A stretch of DNA of 64,000 nucleotides from Myxococcota bacterium (GCA_036229005.1 JAZAMN010000020.1:192001-256000); one strand, 5' to 3'. Positions 18,820 to 34,491 are shown, counted from the stretch's first letter. The notes: generated by a model not told the origin, from the letters alone. Numbers and translations are program-made.

Positions 18820-20640
18820 ATGTCCCTCCCCCGCGCATTCGTCGTCGGAACCGCCGGCCACATCGACCACGGCAAGTCCACCCTCGTGCGCGCCCTGTCC
18901 GGCCACGACCCGGACCGCCTGCCGGAAGAGAAGCGCCGGGGCATCACGATCAACCTGGGCTTCGCGCGGATGCCCCTGCCCGACGGGCGCGTCGCCAGCT
19001 TCGTGGACGTCCCCGGACACGAGCGCCTGGTCCGCACCATGATCGCGGGCGCCGCCGGCATCGACGCCGTGCTCTTCTGCGTGAGCGCGAGCGAGGGCGT
19101 GATGCCCCAGACCCGCGAGCACCTGGACATCCTCCAGCTCCTGGGGATCGAGCGGGGCGTGGTCGCCCTGACCATGGCCGACCTGGTGGATCCCGAGCTG
19201 CTGGAGCTCGCCGCGGAGGACGTCGCCGACACTCTGCAGGGCACCTTCCTGGAGTCCGCCCCGGTCATCACCACCTCCGCCCAGACCGGCCAAGGCCTCG
19301 ACGCCCTCAAGGCTGCCCTCCAGGCCCTCCCGCTGAGCCCCCGCGCCGAGGCCGGCCCCTTCCGCCTGCCCGTCGACCGCAGCTTCGTCCAGAAGGGCTT
19401 CGGCGTGGTCGTCACCGGCACCGTGCTCAGCGGCAGCGTCCAGGACGGCCAGGAGCTCCGCCTGCTCCCCCAGGGCCTCAGCGCGCGCGTCCGCTCCATC
19501 CAGGTGCACGGCGAGCCCCAGAGCCACTCCCAGGCCGGCTACCGCACCGCGATCAACCTCAGCGGCGTCGACCGCGACGAGCTCCCCCGCGGCTCCGTGC
19601 TCGTGTCCCCCCAGGTCGAGGGGCGGCAGGTGCTGGACGCCCGCTTCACCCACCTGCCCGACGCCCCCGAGCTCGCCCAGGGTGCACGCGTCCGCCTGCT
19701 CACCGGCACGAGCGAGGTCATGGCGGTCATCGACGGCCTGGACGCCCCCCTGGAGCCTGGCAGCTCCCGCCTGGTCCAGCTCCGCGCCAGCGAGCCCCTC
19801 GCCGTCCTCCCCGGCGACCGCTTCATCCTGCGCCGCGAATCGCCCGTCACCACGCTGGGCGGCGGCGTCCTGCTGGACGTGTGGGCCCCCCGCCACCGCA
19901 AGCGCGACCACGAACGCGCCACCGCCGAGCTTCGCGCCCTGGAGGCTGGCGATTCAGGCGTCCTCCTGGAGCGCGCCGGCCCCTCCGGTCTCAGCGCCGA
20001 GCAGGCCCGCACCCGCGGCGTCCAGGGGGTGTCGCTCGCCGATCGCGTCCTGGGTCCCCAGACCCTCGCCCACCTGGAGGACTTCCTGGTCGAGCAGCTC
20101 CAGGCCTTCCACGCCGACAACCCCCTGCTCCCTGCCACGCCGCGCCGCTCCCTGCACAAGGGGCGCCTCGCCGCGCTGGGTCCCCAGGCCTTCGACGCCC
20201 TGCTCAAGCGGCTCGAGGACCAGGGTCGAATCGAGACAGCCGGTCCTCGCCTGCGCCTCCCGGGGTACAGAGTGGCGCTCACCGACGGGCAGCAGCGGTT
20301 GGCCGATCAGCTCGTGGCCAAGGTCAGATCCGCTGGCCTGGAGGCCCTCACCCTGCAGGAGCTGAACGAGGAGGCTGCTGGGCACACCCGCATCGTGGCC
20401 CACCTCATCGACCAGGGGGTGCTGCGCCGCGTCTCGGAGCGGGTGTACGCCGACGAGGACCTGCTGGCCCTGACCGAGTCCGTCCGCGCGCACTTTGGAC
20501 GCAGCGACACCCTCAGTCCCCCCGACTTCAAGGAGCTCACCGGCCTGTCCCGGCGCTACGCGATCCCCCTGCTTGAGTGGCTGGATGTCAAAGGTGTCAC
20601 CAAGCGGTCGGGGGATGTACGCGTCCGCGGAGACTCCTGA
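18820..20640 (+). CDS. selB: Selenocysteine-specific elongation factor
   Basis: GTAGHIDHGKS, EEKRRGITI, DVPGHE, C-terminal GLSRRYAIPLLEWLD winged helix. Confidence 0.95.
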   Translation: MSLPRAFVVGTAGHIDHGKSTLVRALSGHDPDRLPEEKRRGITINLGFARMPLPDGRVASFVDVPGHERLVRTMIAGAAGIDAVLFCVSASEGVMPQTREHLDILQLLGIERGVVALTMADLVDPELLELAAEDVADTLQGTFLESAPVITTSAQTGQGLDALKAALQALPLSPRAEAGPFRLPVDRSFVQKGFGVVVTGTVLSGSVQDGQELRLLPQGLSARVRSIQVHGEPQSHSQAGYRTAINLSGVDRDELPRGSVLVSPQVEGRQVLDARFTHLPDAPELAQGARVRLLTGTSEVMAVIDGLDAPLEPGSSRLVQLRASEPLAVLPGDRFILRRESPVTTLGGGVLLDVWAPRHRKRDHERATAELRALEAGDSGVLLERAGPSGLSAEQARTRGVQGVSLADRVLGPQTLAHLEDFLVEQLQAFHADNPLLPATPRRSLHKGRLAALGPQAFDALLKRLEDQGRIETAGPRLRLPGYRVALTDGQQRLADQLVAKVRSAGLEALTLQELNEEAAGHTRIVAHLIDQGVLRRVSERVYADEDLLALTESVRAHFGRSDTLSPPDFKELTGLSRRYAIPLLEWLDVKGVTKRSGDVRVRGDS

Positions 20641-20673
20641 GTGCTACGCTGACGCGCTGAGGAGAGCCGAATC

Positions 20674-21744
20674 ATGCTCCATCGGATCTGGATGGCCCTG
20701 GCAGGCGTCTGCCTGACGATGCTGCTGGGCGCCGCGCCCGCCCACGCCCAGGAAGGCACCCTGGAGGTCAACGCGAACGTCCCGCAGGCCGTCGTCCACA
20801 TCGACGGTCAGCTCGCCGGGCCCGCCCCGATGACCCGTCAGATGGCGGTGGGGAGCTACCTGGTGCGCGTCACGGCCGACGGCTTCGACCCCTTCGTGCG
20901 CCAGGTGCGCGTGGAGGCGGGGCAGAGCGCACAGGTGGGGGCCCAGCTCTCCCGAGGCGGCGGCACGGCGGACTTCCTGGTCGAGCCCGCGGGCGCGCGC
21001 GTGGAGATCAACGGCAAGGACACCGGCCTCGTGACCCCGACCCGCCTGACCGGCCTGCAGGACGGCCGCTACCGCTACCGCCTGGTGCGGGACGGCTACG
21101 AGCCCATCGAGGGCGACTTCGAGGTCAAGAACCGCTCCAACCCCCTGGTGTTCCACGAGATGAAGTCCTCCCGCGGGCTCTTCGTGATCACCTCCGACCC
21201 GGAAGGCGCCACCGTCTACCTGGACGGTGAGCAGGTGGGCGTCACCCCGCTTGAGCTGGAGGGCATCGAGCCCGGCATGCACCAGGTCGGCGTCCAGGCC
21301 CCCGGCCACGCCCTGCTCGTGCGGGAGGTCGACACCTCCGACGGCTCCAAGGGTGAGGTCCGCGCGCGCCTCAAGAAGGACGGCGGCACCCTCACCATCA
21401 AGACCGGCTCCCCCGACGCCGTGGTGCACATGGACGGCGTGCCCGTCGGCACCGGCAAGCGCGTCAAGGTCAAGGCCACCCGCGGCACCTACCAGGTGGA
21501 CGTGGACGACAGCGCCGGCAGCGCCGTGGGGAGCGCCAAGGTCCCCGCCACCGGCAGCGCCCTGTACGTGGCCGACCTGGAGGCCGGAGAGCTGGAGCTC
21601 GGCACCCCCCTCACCCGCCGCTGGACCTTCTGGACCGGCGTGGGCGTGGGCGTCGCAGCCATCGGCACAGGCAGCGCGATCGCCGCCGTGGCCGCCCGAC
21701 CCGACCCGCTCCCCAGCGGCGACGTCACCCTGACCCTGCCTTGA
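20674..21744 (+). CDS. Multi-PEGA-domain protein
   Basis: Signal peptide; repeated V.IDG...G.TP units; C-terminal RRWTFWTGVG TM. Confidence 0.85.
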   Translation: MLHRIWMALAGVCLTMLLGAAPAHAQEGTLEVNANVPQAVVHIDGQLAGPAPMTRQMAVGSYLVRVTADGFDPFVRQVRVEAGQSAQVGAQLSRGGGTADFLVEPAGARVEINGKDTGLVTPTRLTGLQDGRYRYRLVRDGYEPIEGDFEVKNRSNPLVFHEMKSSRGLFVITSDPEGATVYLDGEQVGVTPLELEGIEPGMHQVGVQAPGHALLVREVDTSDGSKGEVRARLKKDGGTLTIKTGSPDAVVHMDGVPVGTGKRVKVKATRGTYQVDVDDSAGSAVGSAKVPATGSALYVADLEAGELELGTPLTRRWTFWTGVGVGVAAIGTGSAIAAVAARPDPLPSGDVTLTLP

Positions 21745-21756
21745 CCCGCCCTTGAG

Positions 21757-26853
<5,097 letters not shown>

Positions 26854-26931
26854 TTCTGGCGCCCCCATCCCCGGGGGCAGCCCCCTTGGAGCCCTCGGCC
26901 TCGGCCGGGGGCTTCGCGCTTCAGCCTGCGC

Positions 26932-27192
26932 TCAGCGCGCGCACTCGGTGCAGCTCTCGTCGAAGCTCACGCTGGAGACGTCCTGGCCCTCGCCGGAGCA
27001 GTTGATCTCGGCGGTGCTCTCACACTCCCCCAGGTCGCTCGTCACCACGCAGCCGCCGGTGCCGTCACCGCAGGCGTACTCGCAGCACCCCGACACAGCG
27101 CCACCGGTCTCCGCGGAGTCAATGGGGAAGCCACCATCGATACAGGCCAGCAGTCCAAAAGCCAGCGCAGCCGCCACCACAAACTCTCGCAT
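26932..27192 (-). CDS. Small Cys-rich lipoprotein
   Basis: MREFVVAAALAFGLLAC lipobox; GGAG RBS; 8 further Cys. Confidence 0.65.
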   Translation of the reverse strand: MREFVVAAALAFGLLACIDGGFPIDSAETGGAVSGCCEYACGDGTGGCVVTSDLGECESTAEINCSGEGQDVSSVSFDESCTECAR

Positions 27193-27320
27193 GGACGCTC
27201 CTCCTTCCCTGCGCCCACAAGGTAGCCGCCTGCGGCCCCGAGCGGCCACCCATTGCCGGATCCCCGCCCTCAAGACCCTGCTCAGGAAGTCCGATGAGGG
27301 GGGCAGCGGAGCACCTCATT

Positions 27321-28253
27321 GTGAGAATCCTCATTGCCGATGACGACGCCGTGAGTCGCCTCATCCTCAGCCGTACCCTGCAGACTTGGGGCTACAGCGT
27401 CGAGCAGGTGGACAACGGCGACGACGCCTATGAAGAACTGATGAAGCCAGACGCCCCCACGCTGGCCATCGTCGACTGGATGATGCCGGGCATGGACGGC
27501 CCGGAGGTCTGCGCAGCGATCCGCGCGGAGGGCCCCGAGCCCTACCGCTACATGATCCTGCTCACCGCCCGCACCGAGACCGAAGACCTCGTGCACGGGC
27601 TCAGCTCCGGCGCGGACGACTTCCTCTCCAAGCCCTTCAACCAGGAGGAGCTCAAGGCGCGCCTGCGCGCCGGGCAGCGCATCCTGAACCTCCAGTCACA
27701 GCTCATCGAGGCCCGCGAGGCCCTTCGCTACCAAGCCACCCGCGACGCCCTCACCGGCGTGCTCAACCGGGCCACCCTCATGCAGAAGCTGCGCGAGGAG
27801 CTGGACCGCACCGACCGCAACGACCGCAACCTGGGCGTCGCGATCTTCGACCTCGACCACTTCAAGTCCATCAACGACACCTTCGGCCACCTGGCCGGAG
27901 ACGAGGTGCTCCGCGAGGTCACCCGGCGCGTGGGCGGGGTGCTCCGTCACTACGACGCCGTGGGGCGCTACGGCGGCGAAGAGTTCGTCTGCATCTTCCC
28001 CGACACCACGGCAGACGGCCTGTTCTCCGCCGCCGAGCGGGTGCGCAAGGTCATCGCCAAGGGGCCTGTGATGGCTGACGGCGCGCTGATCCCGGTCACG
28101 GCCAGCCTGGGCGTGGCGATCACCGCGGATCCCTGCGAGCCGGAGTCCCTGCTGGGCGCCGCGGACGCAGCCCTCTACCGCGCCAAGGAGAGCGGCCGGA
28201 ACCGCGTCGAGCTCGCCTTCGAGGTGGCCGTCCCCCTGCGCAAGGCAAGCTGA
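27321..28253 (+). CDS. Response regulator diguanylate cyclase (REC-GGDEF)
   Basis: RILIADDD, DWMMPGMDG, KPF; DLDHFKSIND, RxxD I-site, GRYGGEEF. Confidence 0.93.
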   Translation: MRILIADDDAVSRLILSRTLQTWGYSVEQVDNGDDAYEELMKPDAPTLAIVDWMMPGMDGPEVCAAIRAEGPEPYRYMILLTARTETEDLVHGLSSGADDFLSKPFNQEELKARLRAGQRILNLQSQLIEAREALRYQATRDALTGVLNRATLMQKLREELDRTDRNDRNLGVAIFDLDHFKSINDTFGHLAGDEVLREVTRRVGGVLRHYDAVGRYGGEEFVCIFPDTTADGLFSAAERVRKVIAKGPVMADGALIPVTASLGVAITADPCEPESLLGAADAALYRAKESGRNRVELAFEVAVPLRKAS

Positions 28254-28268
28254 CCCCAGACAGAGTGC

Positions 28269-30101
28269 TCAGAATCGCGTGCACTCCATGTCCTGCGACG
28301 CGCACGCAAAGCGCACCGTCTGTCCCGCCTCCAGCCGCAGCGTCGGGCCCTTCACCACGTAGCCCCCGGGGAAACTCGGGAACAAGGTGTACTCCCCTGG
28401 CGGCAGGTCCCCCGGCCCAAAGGTCCCGGCCTGCCCCACCAAGCGCAGCGACTCCACGTCCCCGGTCACGAGCACCCGGGCCTGCCCCAACGCGGCCTCC
28501 TCCGGGGTGTCCAGGTCGGTCTGCGCCAGGGTGACCTCGCTGGGGGGAGGGGTGTCAGGGGGCGCCGGTGGCCTGCCCGCCGGCGGGGGCTGCAGAGGCG
28601 CGGGGGTGGGGTCCGGCACCAGCAGGCGCGGTCCGTCCCGCTTCTTCTTCCGCCGCTTGGGGACCTGCAGCTCCGAAGGGTCTACCTCCTGGAACAGGAT
28701 GCCCCCCGTATCCACCGGCGGGGTCTCCCGTGGCTCGATCTGCGTCGGCGTCGGCTCGGGCTCCGGCGCCCGCTTGCCCCGCTCCATGCCCAGCCAGAGC
28801 AGCCCACCGGCCAGCGCCGCGACCACCCCCGTCAGCACGCCAAGGCCCAGGAAGAGAGAGGCTCGTGGGCCTCCGGACGGCTCCTTGGACCGCTTGACCC
28901 CTGCAGCCTGCAACACCTCGACAGGGCGCTCCATCGGCGAGGTCACCCGTCCACTGACCGGCGGCGCCGGGGCCACCCTCGGCGCGGGCTCCACCGGGGG
29001 CGCGGGCGGCATCCGGGCGGGCGGCACCGTGCTCTCGTCCTCTTCGTCCGGGAGCGGCCGGAAGGGCATCGCCGTGGTCGTCTCCTTGGCGCTGGGCGGG
29101 GCCAGCTCGTTCGGCGTCAGGGTGTCCTCGTCGGCGAGCGGCATCTCCCCCTCCACCAGTACGCGCCCCACCAGCGCGTCCGGAGGGTGGGCATCCCGCG
29201 CCTGGAGGGCCACCGGCACCACCTCTCCCGCCCACTGCTGCAGGCTGGGCCCCGGAGCCAGGCGGCGCAGCTCCAGCGCCCGATGCGCCACCTGCTCCGC
29301 GGTCGGCCGCGCGCTCGGTTCGTAGGCCAGGCACTCCGCCAGCAGCGCCAGCGTCGGCTCCCGGATGCTCTCGTCCAGCGCGTCCCAGGCCAGGTGCAGC
29401 CCCTTGCGGAGCTTGGCCACGTGCTGCTCCTGCTTGGGCCGCGTGCGCCCAAATCGCATCCCCAGCAGCATCTCGAAGAGCGCGCAGCCCAGCCCGTACA
29501 CGTCCCCCGCGTGCGAGTCCACGAAGTTGTAGCGCTCCGGCGCCATGTAGGGCAGCGAGCCCATCACGAAGGCCTGCTGCGTCTGCGCCTCCCGCTCCTC
29601 GATGTCCGCGCGGGCCACCCCGAAGTCCAGCAGCTTCACGTCGCCGTCGGCCGTCAACAGCACGTTGGCCGGCTTCATGTCGCGGTGGATCAGCGCCATC
29701 GGCAGCCCGTCCGGACCCGGCGCCTGGTGCACCGCCCACAGACAGCCCGCCGTCGCCTCCACCAGCGCCAGCGCCGCCTTGGGGGGCAGCGCCCCGTGCG
29801 CGTCCACCAGCTTCTCGCCGTCCACCCCCGGAACCAGCTCCATCAGCATGGTCCAGCGCCCGTCCAGCACCAACAGGTCGTCCACGCGCACGATGCCCGC
29901 GTGGTGGATGTTGCTCAGAAAGCGCGCCTCATCCCGCAGCCGCTGCGCCGCCTCCTGCCGCTGAGGCCCCTGGGCGTGCAGCACCTTGAGCGCGACCTCG
30001 CGGCGCAGCCCCAGCTCGGAGATCTGCTCCGCCCGGTAGACCGTCCCGAACCCACCCGTGCCCAGCACGCTCAAGATCTCGTATCGGCGGGCCTGCTCCA
30101 T
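28269..30101 (-). CDS. Hanks-type Ser/Thr protein kinase with TM segment
   Basis: LGTGGFGTVY, VALK, HRDMKPAN, DFG, YMAPE. Confidence 0.93.
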   Translation of the reverse strand: MEQARRYEILSVLGTGGFGTVYRAEQISELGLRREVALKVLHAQGPQRQEAAQRLRDEARFLSNIHHAGIVRVDDLLVLDGRWTMLMELVPGVDGEKLVDAHGALPPKAALALVEATAGCLWAVHQAPGPDGLPMALIHRDMKPANVLLTADGDVKLLDFGVARADIEEREAQTQQAFVMGSLPYMAPERYNFVDSHAGDVYGLGCALFEMLLGMRFGRTRPKQEQHVAKLRKGLHLAWDALDESIREPTLALLAECLAYEPSARPTAEQVAHRALELRRLAPGPSLQQWAGEVVPVALQARDAHPPDALVGRVLVEGEMPLADEDTLTPNELAPPSAKETTTAMPFRPLPDEEDESTVPPARMPPAPPVEPAPRVAPAPPVSGRVTSPMERPVEVLQAAGVKRSKEPSGGPRASLFLGLGVLTGVVAALAGGLLWLGMERGKRAPEPEPTPTQIEPRETPPVDTGGILFQEVDPSELQVPKRRKKKRDGPRLLVPDPTPAPLQPPPAGRPPAPPDTPPPSEVTLAQTDLDTPEEAALGQARVLVTGDVESLRLVGQAGTFGPGDLPPGEYTLFPSFPGGYVVKGPTLRLEAGQTVRFACASQDMECTRF

Positions 30102-30150
30102 GGCGGGGGATAGTACACCCCGCCCACCCGTTCGGGGCTACACTGCGTCC

Positions 30151-30711
30151 ATGTTCACGTGGATGTTCGCCATCATCGCCGCCGGTTGGACCCCCAGCGT
30201 GGTCGACGGCAAGGTCTCCCCCACCCTGCTGTCCGAGCTGGAGGAGGTCGTCGCCCACTGCCCCCACAGCCACGGCGACTGGGTGGTCCGCGTCACCGAC
30301 ACCGGACAGGTCAAGCTGGGCCCCGTCGCGGGCGCCGACAACGACAACGCGGCCCTCGAGAGCTGCCTCCAGGCCGGCCTGGCCGCGCGCCCAGTCCCCG
30401 GCCCCGTCATCCTGCGCCTGAGCTTCAAGGACCCGCGCACCACCACCTGGGAGGCCGCCGCCGTCCAGGGCCTCAACCAGCAGGTGGGCCCCGAGCGCTC
30501 CGGGAGCTGCAGCACCCTGCGCTGGCGCATCGGCCCCGGTGGTGTGCTCAGCGAGCCCCAGCTCATGCAGTCCAGCGGCTCCGAGGACCTGGACCGCCGC
30601 GCCCTGAGCGCCGCCCAGGCTCCCCAGCGCGCCCTGCCCCCCGTTCCCCAAGACCTCCAGGCCCTCTACGGCGAGCACGTCGACCTCTGTGTCGGCGGCG
30701 TCGCCATCTGA
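30151..30711 (+). CDS. Secreted protein with TonB C-terminal-like domain
   Basis: IGPGGVL...QSSGSEDLDRRALSA...LPPVP. Confidence 0.65.
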   Translation: MFTWMFAIIAAGWTPSVVDGKVSPTLLSELEEVVAHCPHSHGDWVVRVTDTGQVKLGPVAGADNDNAALESCLQAGLAARPVPGPVILRLSFKDPRTTTWEAAAVQGLNQQVGPERSGSCSTLRWRIGPGGVLSEPQLMQSSGSEDLDRRALSAAQAPQRALPPVPQDLQALYGEHVDLCVGGVAI

Positions 30712-30723
30712 TAAGAGCCCCCC

Positions 30724-31182
30724 ATGTCCCTGCTGCTTCTGCTCTCCGCCTGCACCTTCGCCCCCGTCGAAGGCATCTGGAATCTCACCGTCCAGACCGA
30801 CACCGTCTGGGACTGCACCCTGGGCAGCGAGTACTACGCCGCCGGCGAGTCCTGGGAGATGATCGTCTACTGGGACAACCCCATCGTCAGCGCCGACCTG
30901 GGGCACGACCCCGCCTCGGACGACTGCGACTACAGCGAGCCCGACCTCAACTGCACCGAGACCCGGGTCAACGACTACACCGGCAGCGTCGACGCGGTGA
31001 TCACCTGGGTGGACGAGCTCGACGTCGAGTTCATGTCCGACAGCCGCTTCGAGGGCAAGCTCTACACCGAGCTCTACTGCGAGGGCAGCGACTGCAACGA
31101 CCGCGCCCTGCAGTTCGCCCCCTCCGAGACCGCCACCTGGCCCTGCATGGGCGAGACCAACGTCTACGCCACGCCCCAGTAG
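30724..31182 (+). CDS. Hypothetical lipoprotein
   Basis: MSLLLLLSAC lipobox, typical codon bias. Confidence 0.75.
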   Translation: MSLLLLLSACTFAPVEGIWNLTVQTDTVWDCTLGSEYYAAGESWEMIVYWDNPIVSADLGHDPASDDCDYSEPDLNCTETRVNDYTGSVDAVITWVDELDVEFMSDSRFEGKLYTELYCEGSDCNDRALQFAPSETATWPCMGETNVYATPQ

Positions 31183-31227
31183 AGAGCAGGGCCCGGGAGA
31201 GGTGCGGCTCTGGGCGCTCGGGGCCCC

Positions 31228-33039
31228 TCAGTTCACCACCCGGACCCCTTGGCCCTGGGTGATCTCAAAGCGGTATCCCCCAGCGAGGTCAAACTCCTCC
31301 ACGCTGCGCTCCGCGTCCGGCCAGTGCACCCGCACCGTCGCCTCACAGGACGGCCCCAGCCCGGCGTGCACCACCAGGTCATCCTGCTGGCCCCACTGCC
31401 CGTGGCCGCCGTCCACCACCCGCGTCTGGGTGGTCTCCGCGGTCTGGATCTCCACGCGGGCGCCGATCGCCGCCGCGTTGCTCCCGCCCGTGCCCACCAG
31501 CTTGAGCTGAACGAAGTTGCTGTCCTGGGCCTGGTTCTCGAAGAGCCGGATCTGTGCGGTGTCGTAGCACTCGCCCTCACAGCGGGCCGTGCTGTGGCCC
31601 ACCACGATGTCCAGGTCGCCGTCGCGGTCGAAGTCGGCCACCGCGCTGCCGTGCGCCCGGTTGTGGTCGATGCCCTGCTCCTGCGGGACCTCCTCGAACT
31701 GGCGGCCCCCCAGGTTGTGATACAGATAGCCCCAGGTGCTGGGGTAGTCGCTGGAGCCCACCCACAGATCCATCCAGCCGTCGTTGTCGAAGTCCAGCAT
31801 GCTGTTCTGGATGTCCCCCTCGTTCCAGGAGCTGATGGTGTGCTCGCGCTCCAGGCCCGTGGCCTCCCGGCCCGGGCGCTCGAAGGTCACCGGCACAGAC
31901 CCGGTGTTGAACAGCAGCTCCGAGGGGTCGCTGGAGCTCCCGACGTCCCAGTGCACGATCTCCGAGGTCAGCAGATCCAGGTGCCCGTCGTTGTCCACGT
32001 CCTCGCAGCTTGTCCCGCCGGAGTTGCCCCCCAGGCGGTAGAGCTCCCGGCTGGTGTCGTGGTCCCAGCGGAAGGCGTCGCTGTCTGTGCTGCAGGTGAT
32101 GCGCGGATCGGGCACCCCCTCACAGTCTGTGTCGTCCGGGTGCAGCTTGCACCAGCAGCGGGCGGACTCATCGTCGCTCCAGTCCTGCCGGTCGTCGAAG
32201 GCGTAGCCGCTGGCCACAGACTGGTTGCTATAGTGGCCCGCGCCGTCGTTCTCCCACAGAAGGTTGGGCGCGCGTCCGTAGGAGGCCGCGAGCAGCTCCG
32301 GGTAGCCGTCCCCGGTCAGATCGCAGGCCAGCGCGGACCAGGCGTTCGAGTGGGCCAGCCCCTGGTTGAGCACGCTCACGCTGCTCCAGCGCTCCGTCTT
32401 GACGCCCGTGTCATAGGTCACGTCCACAAAGCTGCCTGAGCCGTCACCCTGATACAGGCGATCCTGCGCGGCGTTGTACTGCCCCACGAACAGGTCCAGG
32501 CGCCCGTCCAGATCGTAGTCCGTGAAGGCCGCCCCGTAGGGGCGGTCCCCCGCCAGCACCAGGTCCCCCGCGCTGGTCTCCGAGAACACCCCGCTGCCGT
32601 CGTTGAGCAGGATCTGGGAGACCGCCCCGCTCACCTGGGAGTCGTCCACGCCCACGTACAGATCCAGGTCGCCGTCGTTGTCCACGTCGCCGAAGGCCCA
32701 GGTGGCCCCGCCCTGGCTCAGGCTACGCAGCCCCGACGACTCGCTGACGTCCAGGAAGCCGCCCTGCTGGTCATTGCGCAGCAGCCACAGCTTGGGGGCG
32801 TCCGCGCTGCCCACGGCCATGCCATCCCGCACGGCCAGGTCCGGCCAGCCGTCGTTGTCGATGTCCACGGCCGAGATGCGCACGCCCGTGGCGCCGATCT
32901 CCGACAGGCCCCAGGCCTCCGTGGCCTCTACAAAGGCGGTCTCCCCAGACTCCCACGCGCTCCCCGCGTTGCAGATCTCCGGGAGACCCGTCTCCTGGGC
33001 GTCGTCCTTCTTGCAGGCCAGCAGGGCAAGTAGCAGCAT
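31228..33039 (-). CDS. CRTAC1-like FG-GAP repeat lipoprotein with ASPIC/UnbV domain
   Basis: Multiple DxDNDGxxDL repeats; NAAAIGARV, VHAGLG, VRVHWP. Confidence 0.85.
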   Translation of the reverse strand: MLLLALLACKKDDAQETGLPEICNAGSAWESGETAFVEATEAWGLSEIGATGVRISAVDIDNDGWPDLAVRDGMAVGSADAPKLWLLRNDQQGGFLDVSESSGLRSLSQGGATWAFGDVDNDGDLDLYVGVDDSQVSGAVSQILLNDGSGVFSETSAGDLVLAGDRPYGAAFTDYDLDGRLDLFVGQYNAAQDRLYQGDGSGSFVDVTYDTGVKTERWSSVSVLNQGLAHSNAWSALACDLTGDGYPELLAASYGRAPNLLWENDGAGHYSNQSVASGYAFDDRQDWSDDESARCWCKLHPDDTDCEGVPDPRITCSTDSDAFRWDHDTSRELYRLGGNSGGTSCEDVDNDGHLDLLTSEIVHWDVGSSSDPSELLFNTGSVPVTFERPGREATGLEREHTISSWNEGDIQNSMLDFDNDGWMDLWVGSSDYPSTWGYLYHNLGGRQFEEVPQEQGIDHNRAHGSAVADFDRDGDLDIVVGHSTARCEGECYDTAQIRLFENQAQDSNFVQLKLVGTGGSNAAAIGARVEIQTAETTQTRVVDGGHGQWGQQDDLVVHAGLGPSCEATVRVHWPDAERSVEEFDLAGGYRFEITQGQGVRVVN

Positions 33040-33078
33040 GATCCGTCACTCCTGCCCAGGAGCTTAGCTGACCTGTGT

Positions 33079-34491
33079 TCAGTTGGAGCCGCCATCTGGC
33101 GAAGATCCTGAAAAGTGACCCTTCTGTCGCGCCAGGGCGGTGTCCAGATCCCAGTCTGGATCCTGCTCGCTGTCGTGGCAGCTCGTACAGACCGCCTCGA
33201 TCACACACACCGGGCAGTCCTCGCCGAGCCCCTCGATGCTGCCAGCGCCCGGTGCGTCCAGATGCGGCTGGCCTGGGCCATGGCAGCTCGCACAGGAAAC
33301 CCCGTCCTTCACCTGGTAGCCCTCCAGGCTCTTGGGGGGTGCGCCGGCCTCGACCGCGGTCGCGTGGCAGGAGACACATTGGGTGTCCTGCTGCTGCTTG
33401 CGCTTGAGCAGCTTCATCGCGCCGGCGTGGGGGCCCCTCTCCCAGGCCTGGACGGCGCCCTCGTGGCAGCTCACACAGTCCTGGGCGGCCAGGTTGTGGC
33501 CCTCTGGGAAGGCCAGCAGCGGGCGCTCCGCGCTCCCGTCGTTGAGGGCCTGGATGCGCGCCTGCAGCTCCTTCTCGCTGAGAGTGGCCGCCAGATAGTG
33601 GTCGATGTGGGGCAGGCCCTTCTCCACCGAGAAGTCGATGGAGTGCTTGGCGTCATGGCAGGTCTCACACTGCTCGGAGGCCACCACAGACTCCCCATCG
33701 TGGGGCCCACCGGCGCTGTGACAGGACTCGCAGCCCACGTGCATCAGGTCGCTCGCGTGGTCCCCCAACACAAAGCCGCTGGGCTGCCCCAGGCCGGTGA
33801 CGTGGCAGCTCACGCACTCCGGGTCCGTGGTCTTCTCGGCCTTGTAGATGGTCAGGTAGGCCACCGAGTGGTGGCTGAGCTGCCAGGAGCGGGACTCCTC
33901 CAGGTGGCAGGCGCTGCAGACTGTGTTGCCCTGATACACACCCGGCTCGAAGTGCGCGAACGCGTCCTGGCCCTGGCCCGCGCTGCGGCGCATCTTCATC
34001 AGGGTCGCGGCGCCATCGAACCAGGGGTAGTAGGCGTCCGTGGCGACGACCCCGCCCTGGCCGTCCGGCTCGAAGAGCAGCGCCGTGGGCGTGGACCGGG
34101 CCCCCACAGACCACGCGAAGCCCCGGGGGGTGTCGATCATCAGCGTGAAGGGCACCTGGTAGGTGTCCATGAACCACTGCAGCTCCTTTGGGCTGCTCCC
34201 GGAGTTGGCCACGCCGATGAACGCGACCTGGCCCTCCAGCTCCTTGGACAGCGCCACCACGCCCGGGATCGCGTGCTGGCAGTGGCTGCAGTGGGGGTTG
34301 AAGTACCAGACCAGCGTGGGCCCGGTGACGCGCTCCGCCAGCCACGCCGGCAGCTCCACCGCCTGGTTGGCCGGGGTGAGGAGTTGGGCGGTGTTCGCGG
34401 CAGGCGTGCCCTTGGACCAGGACGCGGGGGCGTCGCCGGTGCCGCCGAGGGCCAGGGGGAGGGTCAGCAGGATGGGCCAGAGGGAGCGCAT
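33079..34491 (-). CDS. Thioredoxin-like domain fused to octaheme cytochrome c
   Basis: FNPHCSHC and cis-Pro STPT; eight CxxCH motifs; start MRSLWPILL. Confidence 0.85.
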   Translation of the reverse strand: MRSLWPILLTLPLALGGTGDAPASWSKGTPAANTAQLLTPANQAVELPAWLAERVTGPTLVWYFNPHCSHCQHAIPGVVALSKELEGQVAFIGVANSGSSPKELQWFMDTYQVPFTLMIDTPRGFAWSVGARSTPTALLFEPDGQGGVVATDAYYPWFDGAATLMKMRRSAGQGQDAFAHFEPGVYQGNTVCSACHLEESRSWQLSHHSVAYLTIYKAEKTTDPECVSCHVTGLGQPSGFVLGDHASDLMHVGCESCHSAGGPHDGESVVASEQCETCHDAKHSIDFSVEKGLPHIDHYLAATLSEKELQARIQALNDGSAERPLLAFPEGHNLAAQDCVSCHEGAVQAWERGPHAGAMKLLKRKQQQDTQCVSCHATAVEAGAPPKSLEGYQVKDGVSCASCHGPGQPHLDAPGAGSIEGLGEDCPVCVIEAVCTSCHDSEQDPDWDLDTALARQKGHFSGSSPDGGSN

